The notes under the pieces: generated by a model | What the model was told of the DNA's origin: nothing | Database searches by the model: none | Seen by the model: the letters and a program-made list of their open reading frames with translations, nothing else | Part shown: positions 1 to 12,400 of the stretch, in pieces | How positions within the stretch are numbered: the first letter of the stretch is position 1 | Layout: every line of letters starts with the position of its first letter | Program-made: the position numbers and the translations under genes | Origin: Zootoca vivipara | Lineage: Eukaryota | Reading direction: 5' to 3' | DNA: 64,000 nucleotides | Assembly (NCBI RefSeq): GCF_963506605.1 | Contig: NC_083285.1 | Location: forward strand, 56,792,001-56,856,000

Positions 1-555
1 GCTGCTCCGTGCCTCCCCTCTCCCCCCTCCCTCGGGGGGCTGGGCGCTGTCTCAGAACCTGCTGCTTTCCCTGTAAGGTGACAGCAGCGACCTGTGGAAC
101 ACTGGATGCACCCTCATGTCTGCCGGAAGTTCCAACCTGAAGGCTACCGGATTGACCTGCTGCGTGACCGTGAAGGGCCCCAACCTCCTAGGTGCCAACT
201 TCTTGCACCTCCCCCTGGTTGGAAGGCCCTCAGAGGACAGCCACACCCTGTCTCCAACCCTGATGACCTCCCCCGGTCGCCTGTGGCGATCTGCCCCCTT
301 CTTGTACGCCTCCTTGGCCCTCTCCAAGTGTTCTCTGAGTTGTTGGTGCACCGTCTCCAATTCCTCCGCCCAATCTTCTGCTGCTGGGCCCTACTCCTCC
401 TCCTCCCCCTCCCTCTCTGGGAAAGATCTGAGGTCCCGCCCGTAGTTGGCCTTAAAGGGCGACACCCCTGTGGAGACGTGCACTGCATTGTTGTAGGCAA
501 ACTCTGCCAATGGCAGACGATCCACCCAGTCCGTTTGCCTCTGGCTGACGTAGTC
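1..555 (-). mobile_element. Ty3/Gypsy LTR retrotransposon fragment (integrase C-terminus/GPY-F region), disabled
   Basis: ORFs 391-582 and 52-360 share one frame, split by a [25 protein letters not shown]...SPF, then GDRVWLS...KLAPRRLGPFTV...VHPVFHRSLL. Confidence 0.85.
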
Positions 556-770
556 CAAGTCCATTCTTGGACCCCAGTCCAAGAATGCATGGGGCTTTGG
601 TACTAAGTATCCACAGGAATTCCTTTTATAATTTCACCTTATTCTCTAGGAAGAGGAGATAGATCGATGCCAGATCTTTTCTTCTTTTTGCTCCCGCAGT
701 TTGAATTCTTGTGTGAAGCACTTTTACGTATCCATATGCATACTATCCATATTACGCATCCATATGCATA

Positions 771-919
771 CAGAGGACGAGATGGTTGGACAGTGTTCTC
801 GAAGCTACGAACATGAGTTTGACCAAACTGCGGGAGGCAGTGGAAGACAGGAGTGCCTGGCGTGCTATGGTCCATGGGGTCACGAAGAGTCGGACACGAC
901 TAAACGACTAAACAACAAC
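771..919 (+). mobile_element. RTE-BovB 3' fragment
   Basis: BovB-type 3' end GGGGTCACGAAGAGTCGGACACGACT with (CAA)n tail. TSD ATGCATACTATC at 736-747 and 920-931. Absent from copy B. Confidence 0.85.
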
Positions 920-945
920 ATGCATACTATCTAAATGTGACTTAC

Positions 946-3424
946 ATTTCCGCTTTTATGAAGCTCATGTTTTTGTGAAGGCCATCAATGGATTTCATAT
1001 CCTCCTCAGACAGCTGGAAAGTAAATGCCTGTCAGGAGGAGAGAAAAATAATAATGTTGAGGTGCTTTTACCTCATGTCTTCCTTTTGCACCTCAGAGCT
1101 ATGCACCTTTTTCCAGCAACAGAGATATCAAAGCAAACTTTGCTACCACCTCCCAAAGTTTAATTCCTTCATTCAACAGGTTCAGTCCAGATGTCTTCCT
1201 ACTGAGGGAATTTTATATGCATAGTAATGTAGTTTGCAATAGAACAGGAGTGGGGAAACTGTGGCCCTCCAGATGTGGATGGATTCCAACTCCCCATCAG
1301 TCTCTGCCATCATGACCAATGGTCAGGAATGAGGGAAATCATTGTCCAGCTAATGAGGTTCTTCATGCAGTGCATAGCTAAACTACTGAACTTGCTCCCA
1401 TGGGAGACAGTGCCAGCCACCAACTTGGATGACTTCAAACATTAGACAAATTCATGGTGGATAAGAATATCAATGGAAGCTAATCATGTTGGCTGCACTC
1501 TGCCTTCACGGTCTGAGACAGTGATTCTTCTGAATGCCCACTGCTGGAGACTCCTCCAACATCTTGAGTCCCCAAACCAAGATGTGCGTCTTCCTTCCCA
1601 CACAAGTCATGTGACCTGTGAGATCACAGTGTCCAAATGATGTCGTTTTTCGGTATTGCTTTTAAATGGATTTCTATATACTGCTTTACCTGGGCATTTT
1701 CCTCAATTCGTTTTCTGGTGTAGGTCTTCACCAGGACCACCAGGCCGCGCTGCAGTTGGTAGCGAATAGCCACGAGAGCTGGGCTTTTGTTGTACTTCTT
1801 GGCGATCGCAACCAACAAAGGGTCTTCAAGCAGGACAGGAGTGTTTGTATCTATCCTGCCGGAGAGCAACGTGGAAAGAAGGTGTGTTTCTGGTGTCCAG
1901 AATATATAAATCTCACTCTGAAATTAATTCAGTATTGGCCTACTCCATCCAATATACACTAAATATTTTGTATTTAAAGCTTGGTTAGTCGATTTGACCC
2001 ACCTGTGGGACCCAGGTGGCGCTGTGGTTAAACCACTGCGCCTAGGGCAGGGGTGTCAAACTCAAATTCATCGGGGGCCGCATCAGCAGTTTGGTCACCC
2101 TCAAAGGGCCGGTTGCATCTGTAGGACTATGTGTCCACTCTTTATTATCATAAATTATTGTCACTGCATTCAATTATTACTGTTTTTTGTAATAATGTAA
2201 GTAATAACTAGCTCTGAAAGCAGAAACATAGTCAGAATAATGGCAAGTAGATATTCAAATGTACAATTATTGTACAATTTATTGAAAAATGATTTTTGGT
2301 AACAGACAGTATTTTTTTTTAACATACAAATATTGCCAAACGCTTGGAGCTGCTGTTCAGGAAGATGGATTTACAAGGGTCCCCCATCATCCCCCTGCGC
2401 CTCACAGGGTTCTCTGGGGAGAGGGGCTTGGGTGTGGGGCTGAGTGAGGAAGCCTTCAGTCCTTCCTCATTCCTGCTGGTTGGGGGGGGGGCAGAAGGGG
2501 GCTGGGTGGGGCTCCTGCTCTGGCGCTTCATGGAGCAGAGGGCAAATGTTCTCTGCACTGCAAGCCTATGTATCTTTAATACCCAATGGAGCTTAGGTTT
2601 GTATAAATGGGTGTGGAAGTGCAGCCTTGGGTTGAGCCTCATAAGTCATACGATATGCAATGTGAACACAAGGGACCATGGATCCAGTAATCAGCAAAGC
2701 ACGCAGGTATCTAGGACAAGTAAAAATGTTTTATATTCAACAAATTCTCAAACCGCTCTACTTTAGGTTACAGGTAGGTAGCCGTGTTGGTCTGGATCGA
2801 AGTAAAATAAAAAAAATTCCTTCAGTAGCACCTTAAAGACCAACTAAGTTTTTATTTTGGTATGAGCTTTCGTGTGCATGGTATCTGAAGAAGTGTGCAT
2901 GCACACGAAAGCTCATACCAAAATAAAAACTTAGTTGGTCTTTAAGGTGCTACTGAAGGAATTTTTTTTATTTTACGCTCTACTTTAGAATATTCTGTTG
3001 CAGCTAGCTGCAGCCTGCAAGTTAGTCTATTGGTCGATCCCTGCGAGGCTCTGCCCTTCTGGCCCCGCCCCCTCTCCCTGTGCGGAAGTGAAGCCGGAGT
3101 TTAACCCTTTCCGTAACGTTAGTGGCTGCTTCTGTTCGTTCCTCAGAAAACGGACCATATATCTCCCTAAAAAAAGCTCAACTCAAGCAGTCTCTCTGGA
3201 GTTGGCCACCCCTGATCTATATAAACTATCCAGGGAGGAATGGAGGGCTGCCTCCCTCCTGCCACCCCTCCCCTGCCAGATAATATGCCATTCTTCTCCG
3301 CTCCTTTGCTAGCCGCCCACCCCTTCCCCCTCCCCTTTTTCGCCAATCAATCCTTCTCCATTTGGGAAATTTACAGGAAACCCAAATTCGCTGTCCTTGT
3401 TGGGTGAAGCAGATTTTGAAAAGC

Positions 3425-3466
<42 letters not shown>

Positions 3467-6400
3467 AGTGACACCCTGTGTGTGATTAAATGTCTTGAAA
3501 TCTGATTCTGATTTCCTGGGGAATCAGGAGGAGTTGATTTTTTCCTCCCCCCCCCACTTGGATTGAAACCTTTTTAAAAAAAACTCCCATTTAAAGGCAG
3601 CCCGACCTCAGTTTCTCCACTGTTGCTTTTCTCCCACCCCTCTCCCTTCCCACACCCCTCGCTGCTCTTTTGATCCCTCCCAGTGAAGCAACCCTTCATT
3701 GGGTAGTTCAGAGCCAGCCAGCGAGAGGGAGAAGCAGCAGCAGCAGCCAGCCCTGCCTCTGCCGCTCATTCCGGCGCCTCTGGAAGCCGCGGCTGCGGCT
3801 CCAGCGCGCTTGTCTCCTCTAGCCAGAAAGGGAGAGGGGCTTTGGAGGACTTACGGAGCTTCCGGACGAACGGCGACAAGGACAGCTTCGTCGGAGGAGA
3901 CGACGCGGCAGCGGAGCGCGTTGCCACCGCCGCCACTGCCCCGCCCCACATTCAACCACCGCGCCAAAAGCGAGCGCGAAGTTGCGAGAGGTGGGGTTGG
4001 GGAAGGGAGCGGCGGCGGGCCATCTCGCGAGAGTAAGAGGCGAGAACGGTTTCCCGAAAGGAGCCCCTGGGAGCTGTAGTCTCCAAGCGGAGTGCTCCCC
4101 GCGCGCCTCCAGATAGCGGCCTGTTTGTCAGCGCGGCGCTTCAGCAGCAAGGTCCCGCTGCTGGGTCCTGCTGGCTGGGGCGCTCGGCGGGCCACATGAG
4201 GAGGTCTGGCGGGCCGCATTTGGCCCGCGGGCCTTGGGTTTGACACCTGTGTCCTAGGGCTTGCTAACCACAAGGTCGGTGGTTCGAATCCCTGTGACGG
4301 GGTGAGCTCCCGTTGCTTGGTCCCAGCTCCTGCCAACCTAGCAGTTCGAAAGCATGTCAAAATGCAAGTAGATAAATAGGAACCGCTACAGCGGGAAGGT
4401 AAACGGCGTTTCCATGTGCTGCTCTGGTTTGCCAGAAGCGGCTTTGTCATGCTGGCCACATGACCTGGAAGCTGTACGCCGGCTCCCTCGGCCAATAATG
4501 CGAGATGAGCGCGCAACCCCAGAGTCGGTCACGACTGGACCTAATGGTCAGGGGTCCCTTTATAGTCGATTTGAATTAATATAAGTCTTTAGTATCGTAC
4601 TCTCCCCCTCCAATAATAAATCACGAGCTCATACGTTGCACACGGAACATTCTGTAGCCAAAATGATAGCATCCATGCACAAAAGAGAGGTCTTTTTCTT
4701 TGCTTAAGTACAATTCATATTTGGGGGTGGGGGGAGACCTAAGGATGGAAAGAAAGGCCCAAGGAATCCCGTGTGCCTGTTGGAGAGTCGATATGGAAAA
4801 GAGGGAGGGAGTTCAAATGAAATGGAGGATCCTGGAAGAATACATAGCTCATTGACTGGAAAGAGAACTCAATATTTGTTGCTGGTCCCACTTGTAAAAA
4901 ATAAGCATTTAAGTCGTTTCCAATATAGATAAATACAATACAATTCAAAATTCTGAGAAAAAACAAAACAAGCTATGTAAAAAGAGAAATGCTATAAATG
5001 CATCTCTACCATTCTATTGCTTAAAGCAACATCTATATATATATAAATGTAAAAATCGTGAAAGTGTGTGTTCCACTTTTCTCCGTAACCGCTTGACCGA
5101 TCGTCCTGAAATTTTGACACAACGATCCAGGCCACTCCCCGAGCGTTGTTAGGGACAAAAATCCCTCAAATCACACACCTGGCCAGGTATAGACCTGGTT
5201 TTCCACCAAGTCAAACAGCACCCTCAAGTGGCGTTATACCCTCCTCCACTCCCTCCCTTCCTGTGAAATCTAAGCCACACCCACAAACCAAATGACATCA
5301 CCAACCAAGCAACTGAAACTACCAAGGCGGCCATTATCAGACCCCTAGGCTCCTGTCAGGCTACTAGGCTCCCACTAGGCCTGGGGGGGGGAGGGAAGAG
5401 GGCAAGCGCCCAGATCGCAGGTCGCAGCACTGCCTTTGTTTTATGTAGCCCCCTGCCAGGCCCCACTAGGCCCGGGGGGGGGGGGAAGAGGACAAGCGCA
5501 TGGATCACAGGCCACAGTACGACCTCTGTTTTATGTAGGCCCCTGCCAGGCCCCCACTCCCTCGGCTCCATTTTACAGACTAGGCCTCAGCTCTACAGCC
5601 CTTTAAATACTATCCCGAATGGAGCCCTGGGTGGGAGGTGGGGGGAGGAGGAGCCCAAATAGGTCATGGGCTGACATAGGGTGGGGGGGAGCAACTGTCC
5701 AACAACCACCAAAACAGCCATTCCACCCCCAAAGCCCAAGCCCAAAGCCTCTCCCAGCGGCTGCATTAATAAACGCCTGGCAGCATTAGGCAGTCGTTCA
5801 TCATTTCTCCTAACACGCACTTGGGGGCACAGCGAGGGGTTTTCACTTTATAATTTAGTGGGCGTTAAGTAAGGGCAGTCATGCCCCCTTTAACCTAGGC
5901 TTTACCGTATATACTACAACTGATTACAACCCTCTGTGTTTTTTTTATTTTAAAAAAACAACCATGCACTTTCTCTCCCCAGTTTAAGTCCTCAGATATT
6001 TGCAGTGGCCACCCCCCACCCCATTTACAATCCCCTACCTTCCCCTTGCCACTTCCTGGGGTTTTTATGGAACTGAACAACTTGGGTGCTTCAGAACACC
6101 CTTGCAGGGCCAGACAGAGGCCCTGTTTTTAAACCTTTGGTTACTTTTTTCATTTTACTGATTGTGAATATGCTGACCGAGGCCCCCTTTGGATTCGGAG
6201 GCCCGCGCCAAGTGGCCCATATGACCCCCTCCTTCTGTCTGGGTGGGCCTGTCTGTTGCTATGGGGCTGTGGGGCTTCGCTATTTGACCCCTCCATCAGG
6301 ATTCTTTAAGTAGTTCTCTGGGTCCCAGGGCACATCATCACCCCCGATCCTTAATCTAAAGGGGCCCCTGACCATCAGGTCCAGTCGTGACCGACTCTGG

Positions 6401-9400
6401 GGTTGCGGCGCTCATCTCGCTCTATAGGCCGAGGGAGCCGGCGTTTGTCCGCAGACAGCTTCCGGGTCATGTGGCCAGCATGACAAAGCTGCTTCTGGCG
6501 AACCAGAGCAGCGCACGGAAAAACCGTTTACCTTCCCGCCGCAGCGGTCCCTATTTATCTACTTGCACTTTGATGTGCTTTTGAACTGCTAGGTGGGCAG
6601 GAGCTGGGACCGAGCAATGGGAGCTCACCCCACTGCAGGGATTCGAACTGCCGACCTTCTGATCAGCAAGCCCTAGACTCTGTGGAGTAACTCACAGCGC
6701 CACCTGGGTCCCTGGCCAGACAGGGTCTGGGCCTGTCTGTTGCTACGGGGCTGTGGGGCTTCGCTATTTGACCCCCCCCCCCATCGGGATTCTTTAAGTA
6801 GTTCTCTGGGTCCCAGGGCGCATCATCACCCCTGATCCTTAATCTAAATATATAGAAATGTTCACGATGCAGGGGCCAATGTATGGAGATACAGGGGGGA
6901 GGGGACAACAGAGGGCTAAGACAAAAGTGCATGCTTGGAAATAGAACCCAGAACCTAACAGTTCCTTCTCCAAGGGTGGGGGCCAAGGTATGGAGATACA
7001 TGGGAAAGGGGCCAACACTCCCCAGGGACAACAGAGGGAAGGGTATCCTACTGAAACACAGGGATGAGCCGGGGTGGAGGGAGGAGGGGCAGGATACGTC
7101 ATGGATCAGGACGGGGGGGGGGGAATCACAGGAAAGAACCACAGCAACACGTGGCCAGGTCAGCTAGTTAAAGATAAATGTAGATATGATTTAAAAACAG
7201 CACAAAATTTCAGGAGCAGAAAATATTAAATAGCCCCCTGCCTGAAACATTTAAAAACATACGTGTCACAGATGGGTGTTGGCTACTCCCGAGTAAGCAC
7301 TCCACACCTCCTCTGGATTTTCAGAGTTTTATTGTGCATGCTATATACAGTGGTGAGATGTCTCAAATCATGTCTGCTCTGCATGGGGCAGAAGCCCGCA
7401 ATAGCCTCTGGCGGGCTCTGACCCAGCCTTTAAGACTGGTCCCCAAAATGCCCCTCCTACTGGCGCTATGGGATCCCCATTGTGTCAAACCTTTCTCCTC
7501 AACTTCCTCTGATTCTTCCCTCTCCTTTCCACCCTCTGATGCAGCTGGCTCCACCCCTTCTTCTCTGCTTCCCAACTGCAGTTGAGGCTCCAGTATGCTG
7601 CTAGAGCCCTGGAACCTCCTTCCTGCCTTGATGCTCTTGCTGCTGCTCTCCCATCTGATGGAAGTAAGCAGAGTGGGCTGCTCTCTGCAAGCCCTCTCTC
7701 TTACAATACGTTTGGGAGAAGTCAAGCAGTTATATATTTAAAAAAACTCTTTAGTAATGGAAATGTTTCTGAGAATGTCTAAAATGGGAGGGGGAGAGCT
7801 TTGTAGATCTCTCTCTGGAACAAGTCCCTCAATTGTGGGACCACTACAGAAAAGGCCCTGGTGCTGGTATTCACCACGAGGATCTTTATTAATTGTGGGA
7901 CCAAGAATGCAACCTTCAGAGCTGATGTGGATGCTGGGGAATAGTGGGCCTAGGTGGTCCCTGAGGTGGTCCCCAAAGGTTTGGCTTCATCTCTTACCAG
8001 TTTGGGTCCCTTTGGGATCCTAGGACACTATATCCTTCCAGGATGATATTGTTTGTCTTGCAGAAGGCCAGCAGCTTGCTTTGGTTCCGATAAGGATGGC
8101 ATTCAACCTGTAGATTCAAAATCCCCCAACACAACCCAAAAGTGAGAATTCAGATGAAAGAAGAATACCGTGAAATAAATGAAAGAAAGAAAAGCAGAAC
8201 CATGCTATTATTTTTTGAAATATCCAGCTGTTACCTTTCTTAAAGTGTGTTGTGTTTTCTGATGTATCAGAATCTTTAGATGAGCATTCTTGCATTTGTG
8301 GTTTCCATTGCCACACTCCTCTTCTGTGAAATGTGTGTTAGCTGGACATGGGGGACAGGGCTTATTCCCCCACAATCTCTTGTCACCCTAGCCCTGTTGA
8401 AAATATCCTGGGCACACTGTCCTGCCTGCAGTGTCTCTATTTAAACCCACTCAATCTCTGAATTTTCTATGTTGAGCAAAAGGTCTGATGGGAGATTTAC
8501 CTGGCTTTCCATCAACATGAGAAGATGCCTCTATATCAGGCTTTCTCAACCTCAGCCCTCCAGATGTTTTGAGACTACAATTCCCATCATCCCTGACCGC
8601 TGATTCTGCTAGCTAGGGATCATGGGAGTTGTAGGCCAAAAACACCTGGAGGGCCGAGGTTGAGGAAGCCTGCTTTATATCATCTGGGACTCTTCTTTAT
8701 CAGGGTCTTAAAAAAACTTTGGTCTCATTGGTTATATGATATATAGCAGTGTCCAAGTGAATCAGGGCTGCTCGGGTGCCTAACTCAAAAGCCCTTCGCT
8801 CCCCCCTTGAGAACTTCCAGAGTCCCCACAAGAGGCTGTGTGGGCCCTGATTGCTTGCAGGCCTCCTTCTACCTGAGATGCCTGTTTCAAACATTATGGA
8901 CTTCTTCACACTTCATTTTCTCTGAGGATTCAGAGGTCTTGATGAAATGGGAACCCATCACTGGTTCCAGGAATTGAGGGGAGTCCACCCCACAACTCAT
9001 AACCATATCTTCTTGTGAAAGGATCTGCAACCTTATAGACTCAAGCAAGTTTTTTCAGGGACTGGCTGTGTTCGTCAAAACAAAAGTCCTCTCACAAAAG
9101 AGCTGAAATAAAGAAGCTTTGAACAGTGCTTAGAGCAGGGGTTCCCAACAAAATTTTCTCGAGGACCCCTCATCGAGCCGCTATTGTGACAAGGACCCCC
9201 ATTAATTCCTAATCCTGAAATTAAAAAGTGAGAGCCAAATTAAGAGTCTTTTTATAAGAGTCCAGGGAGGAGGGAGGGGAATGGAGAAGACAGGGTACCT
9301 GCACAGAAGCACACATATGAAGCCGACGCGCGCGAAGCATCTTGGGGAGGTGAGCGTTAGTAGAATGCGCGTGCTGCCTCTTTGCAAAACAATAGTGTTT

Positions 9401-12400
9401 GTAAAGCGCCACCTAACGGCATACAGCAGAACTACTGCCTCATCTAATTCTAGTTTTGTGCTAGACTCTGCTCATGCAGGAAGCGGGCAAAACAAAAAAT
9501 CTGTTATCATACGAAATATATTTAATATATATTTTATTCTAATGGCATCTTGCGGACCCCTCTGGCATAGCTCGCGGACCCCTGGGGGTCCGCGGACCAC
9601 CTGTTGGGAACTACTGGCTTAGAGAACAGACCCCTAAAAAAAGCAATCACACTTGACCTGATTTATCACTGGCTTGTATTTCAGTCCTGGCTTGTTCAGG
9701 ATCATTTCCAGCTGCTTACGGGTGAAGTTAGACACTCCAATGGACCTCACCAAGCCAGCATCTTTGCACGCCTCCATTGCCTGGCAAAGAATAGACGGCA
9801 TGTTTGTTGAATGGTGTTTGTTGAATAGCTGAGGCCACACTTTATTCCCCCAGATTAAGATTGGAAGCTCACTCATTTATTCCCAAGGGTGTGCAATAAT
9901 TCACCTGCTCTCATAGGAGCCATTGTGTGAGTCATTGTTCTTGACATGTCTCCTCTGGTAGATCTGGTGCAGGTGCTCTGTATCTGAATGACTCAAGGGC
10001 TGGATTTGATTATCCCAGGCACATACCTCCCATGTCTGCCGAAGATCTACGTTGTCAATAATAAATTTTTTGTCTTCTCCAAAGGGAAATAAATCTGTTC
10101 CAGGCTGGAAAAGAAGGAGGGGGAGGGAATAAGTGCAGGCCAGGCCTAGAAGTTCTCTTATCTCTGTAATATTATCTAAGACTAATGGACAGGGATAGGA
10201 AACGGGAGTGATAGAAAACAGGAGTTCACCTTGCAGGGGCTGATACCACAGTGCAGGGATCTGTGGGAAACTCAAGTCGCAAGCCCAGGTCTGTCTCCCC
10301 ATCTCTACAACCCATTTTCTTCTTCCCTTGCTCCCTCGCCAAGTCCTGCTCTGGACACAATTTCTTATGATGCCTATGTGGTTAATGTAATCATTGTATG
10401 CAAAGGTTTTCATTAACTGGCATGTTTCTCCCCCAAAATCTGAGAGCCATCATTCTTTGATTAAGATATGATCTAGCAGAGAATTGTCAGCATCTCTAGG
10501 AAATGACAATTCCAAATGTTCCTTCAGGGAATCAAATATTTTAGCAGCCCCCCCTTCTCTCTCCCTCTCCCTCTCTCTCCCTCTTCAAATATTGTACTCA
10601 ATACTTGCGTTATGACATCAATAATTATTTACCTTCAAAGAATACGGATTGTGAATTATGAACAGATCCATGTAGTCAAACTGGAGTTTCTTCAGCGATT
10701 CTTCCAAGCATTTCCGAACCAGCTCAGGGCGGTGGAAGGTACTCCAGAGCTGCCAAAAATATATAGAGATTTATATTTTCACACAGCCATAGAGCTTTTG
10801 GATCTCAGGACAGTTTAGCTGTGGCAGGTGACTATTCTGGTGTGTATAGTGTTAAGGACACACTCAGATATTGTTCTGAGGAGTATTTTAAATTGCTGTG
10901 CTGAGGTAAAGCAATTTTAAAACAGTTATTACTAATAACCAAAAAATTTACCATTTATTTATTAAATTTATATATTGCCCTTCATCAAAAGATCTCAGTA
11001 TGATTCACAAGATAAATGCACAAGATAAAAGCACAAATAAATAGTCAGAACAGAAGCAACAAAACAGGAATCCCTCCTCCCACAAAAAGGCTGTAGAATA
11101 TTAACCAGCCCATGGCCTTGTTAAAGGGGAACATTTTCACCTGGCGCCTAGAGGTGTATAATGAACCTCCCTACAGAGAGCATTCCCCAAATGGGGAGCC
11201 ATGCAGAAAAGCCCCCGTTCTCATGTTCCCGCCGTCTGAGCCTCACATGGAGGAAGCACACAAAGAAGAGCCTCAGAGGATGAAAACAGAGTCCAGGTAG
11301 GTTCATATAGGGAGAGGCATTTCGCTCTGATTTTGTTAAATAATGTCTGTGAAATATGCAATTGCATCATGATACAGACACTATATTCTATACTTTAAAA
11401 TAAATAAATAAATACCAAACTCACTCACTTTTCCAGTGTAGAAAATGTCTTCCCTTTTTACTGTTCCATCTGAAATCTTCGCACGAATGGCCCGCCCAAC
11501 TTGCTCCTCGGTCTCGTATACATATGCGCCATCAATATGACGGAAGCCGACTTCTATTGCTATCTTTGTAGCCTCCTCACACTTACTTTTTTGAACCTAC
11601 CGGTTGAAAAAGTTAGTCATTGTCTCTGCTTCAATGGAGAAATTTATATCAAAGTAACACTGAGTGTTGGTGGACATTGTCAAACTAGACCTGAGTCCCA
11701 GGGACTAGGCACATCAAAGAAAAAGAAAGAAAAGGCATATAGAAAAAGTGATTTATATGCGTTATATGTGCGAAGTAACATTGCACCACCGAATGGCATG
11801 CAAGATTTAACATGAGTAATCAATTAAATTGCCAGTTATCATGGTTCAAACAGTGCAACACCATACAGTTTGTGGAATGCTCTTTTTAAAAATTGGTTTA
11901 AATGTTTGTGAAATAGGAGAGATATCCAAGAAGGGATTGAGAAAGTCTCTTTGTCAGCATGTATCTCTTTGTTTAAATAGATTCTACCCTCACTTTATAT
12001 GTGACTGGGGCAGACATATGAATTGGAAAAATGGAAAAAGGAAAATTCCGTTGAAAAACTGAGTGGTAGCTTTTATTTAGTAAATTCATGATGTTCCTAG
12101 AAATCAATTTAATTACAAAACAAGAATCGACACCAATCCCTTCATTTGCATTGCTGGTGATATGGACCAAATGAAGATGGTTTGGATACAGAATTGATTC
12201 TATATTTATTGTTAGTGTCCAGAATAGTTAGCTAATGCCTGGTGATTTTGGATAATATTGTTACTCCCAACAAACTAATGGGGGACACTTATAGTTCCAT
12301 AGAAAGATTTTTTTAAAATATCACTCGACATTTTGGATTGGGGACTTTGAACCCTGTAGCAGCAATTCACACTGGAAACTGTTTCTCAGCTACAAACCAT

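Larger units (their letters stand above)
2048..4251. mobile_element. Non-autonomous hAT-like DNA transposon with internal cargo
   Basis: TIRs CAGGGGTGTCAAAC and GTTTGACACCTGTG. 8-bp TSD GCCTAGGG/TCCTAGGG at 2040-2047 and 4252-4259. No transposase ORF. Confidence 0.8.
1998..4562 (+). mobile_element. Sauria SINE split by a hAT insertion (head 1998-2047, body 4260-4562)
   Basis: Head GGGACCCAGGTGGCGCTGTGGTTAAACCAC, body ending ...GGTCAGGGGTCCCTTTA. 12-bp TSD TAGTCGATTTGA at 1986-1997 and 4563-4574. Confidence 0.85.

Noticed and set aside
3699-4516. Long GC-rich ORFs (126 aa plus, 221 aa minus)
   Set aside because: Low-complexity ORFs crossing SINE/hAT boundaries, with no recognisable domain.
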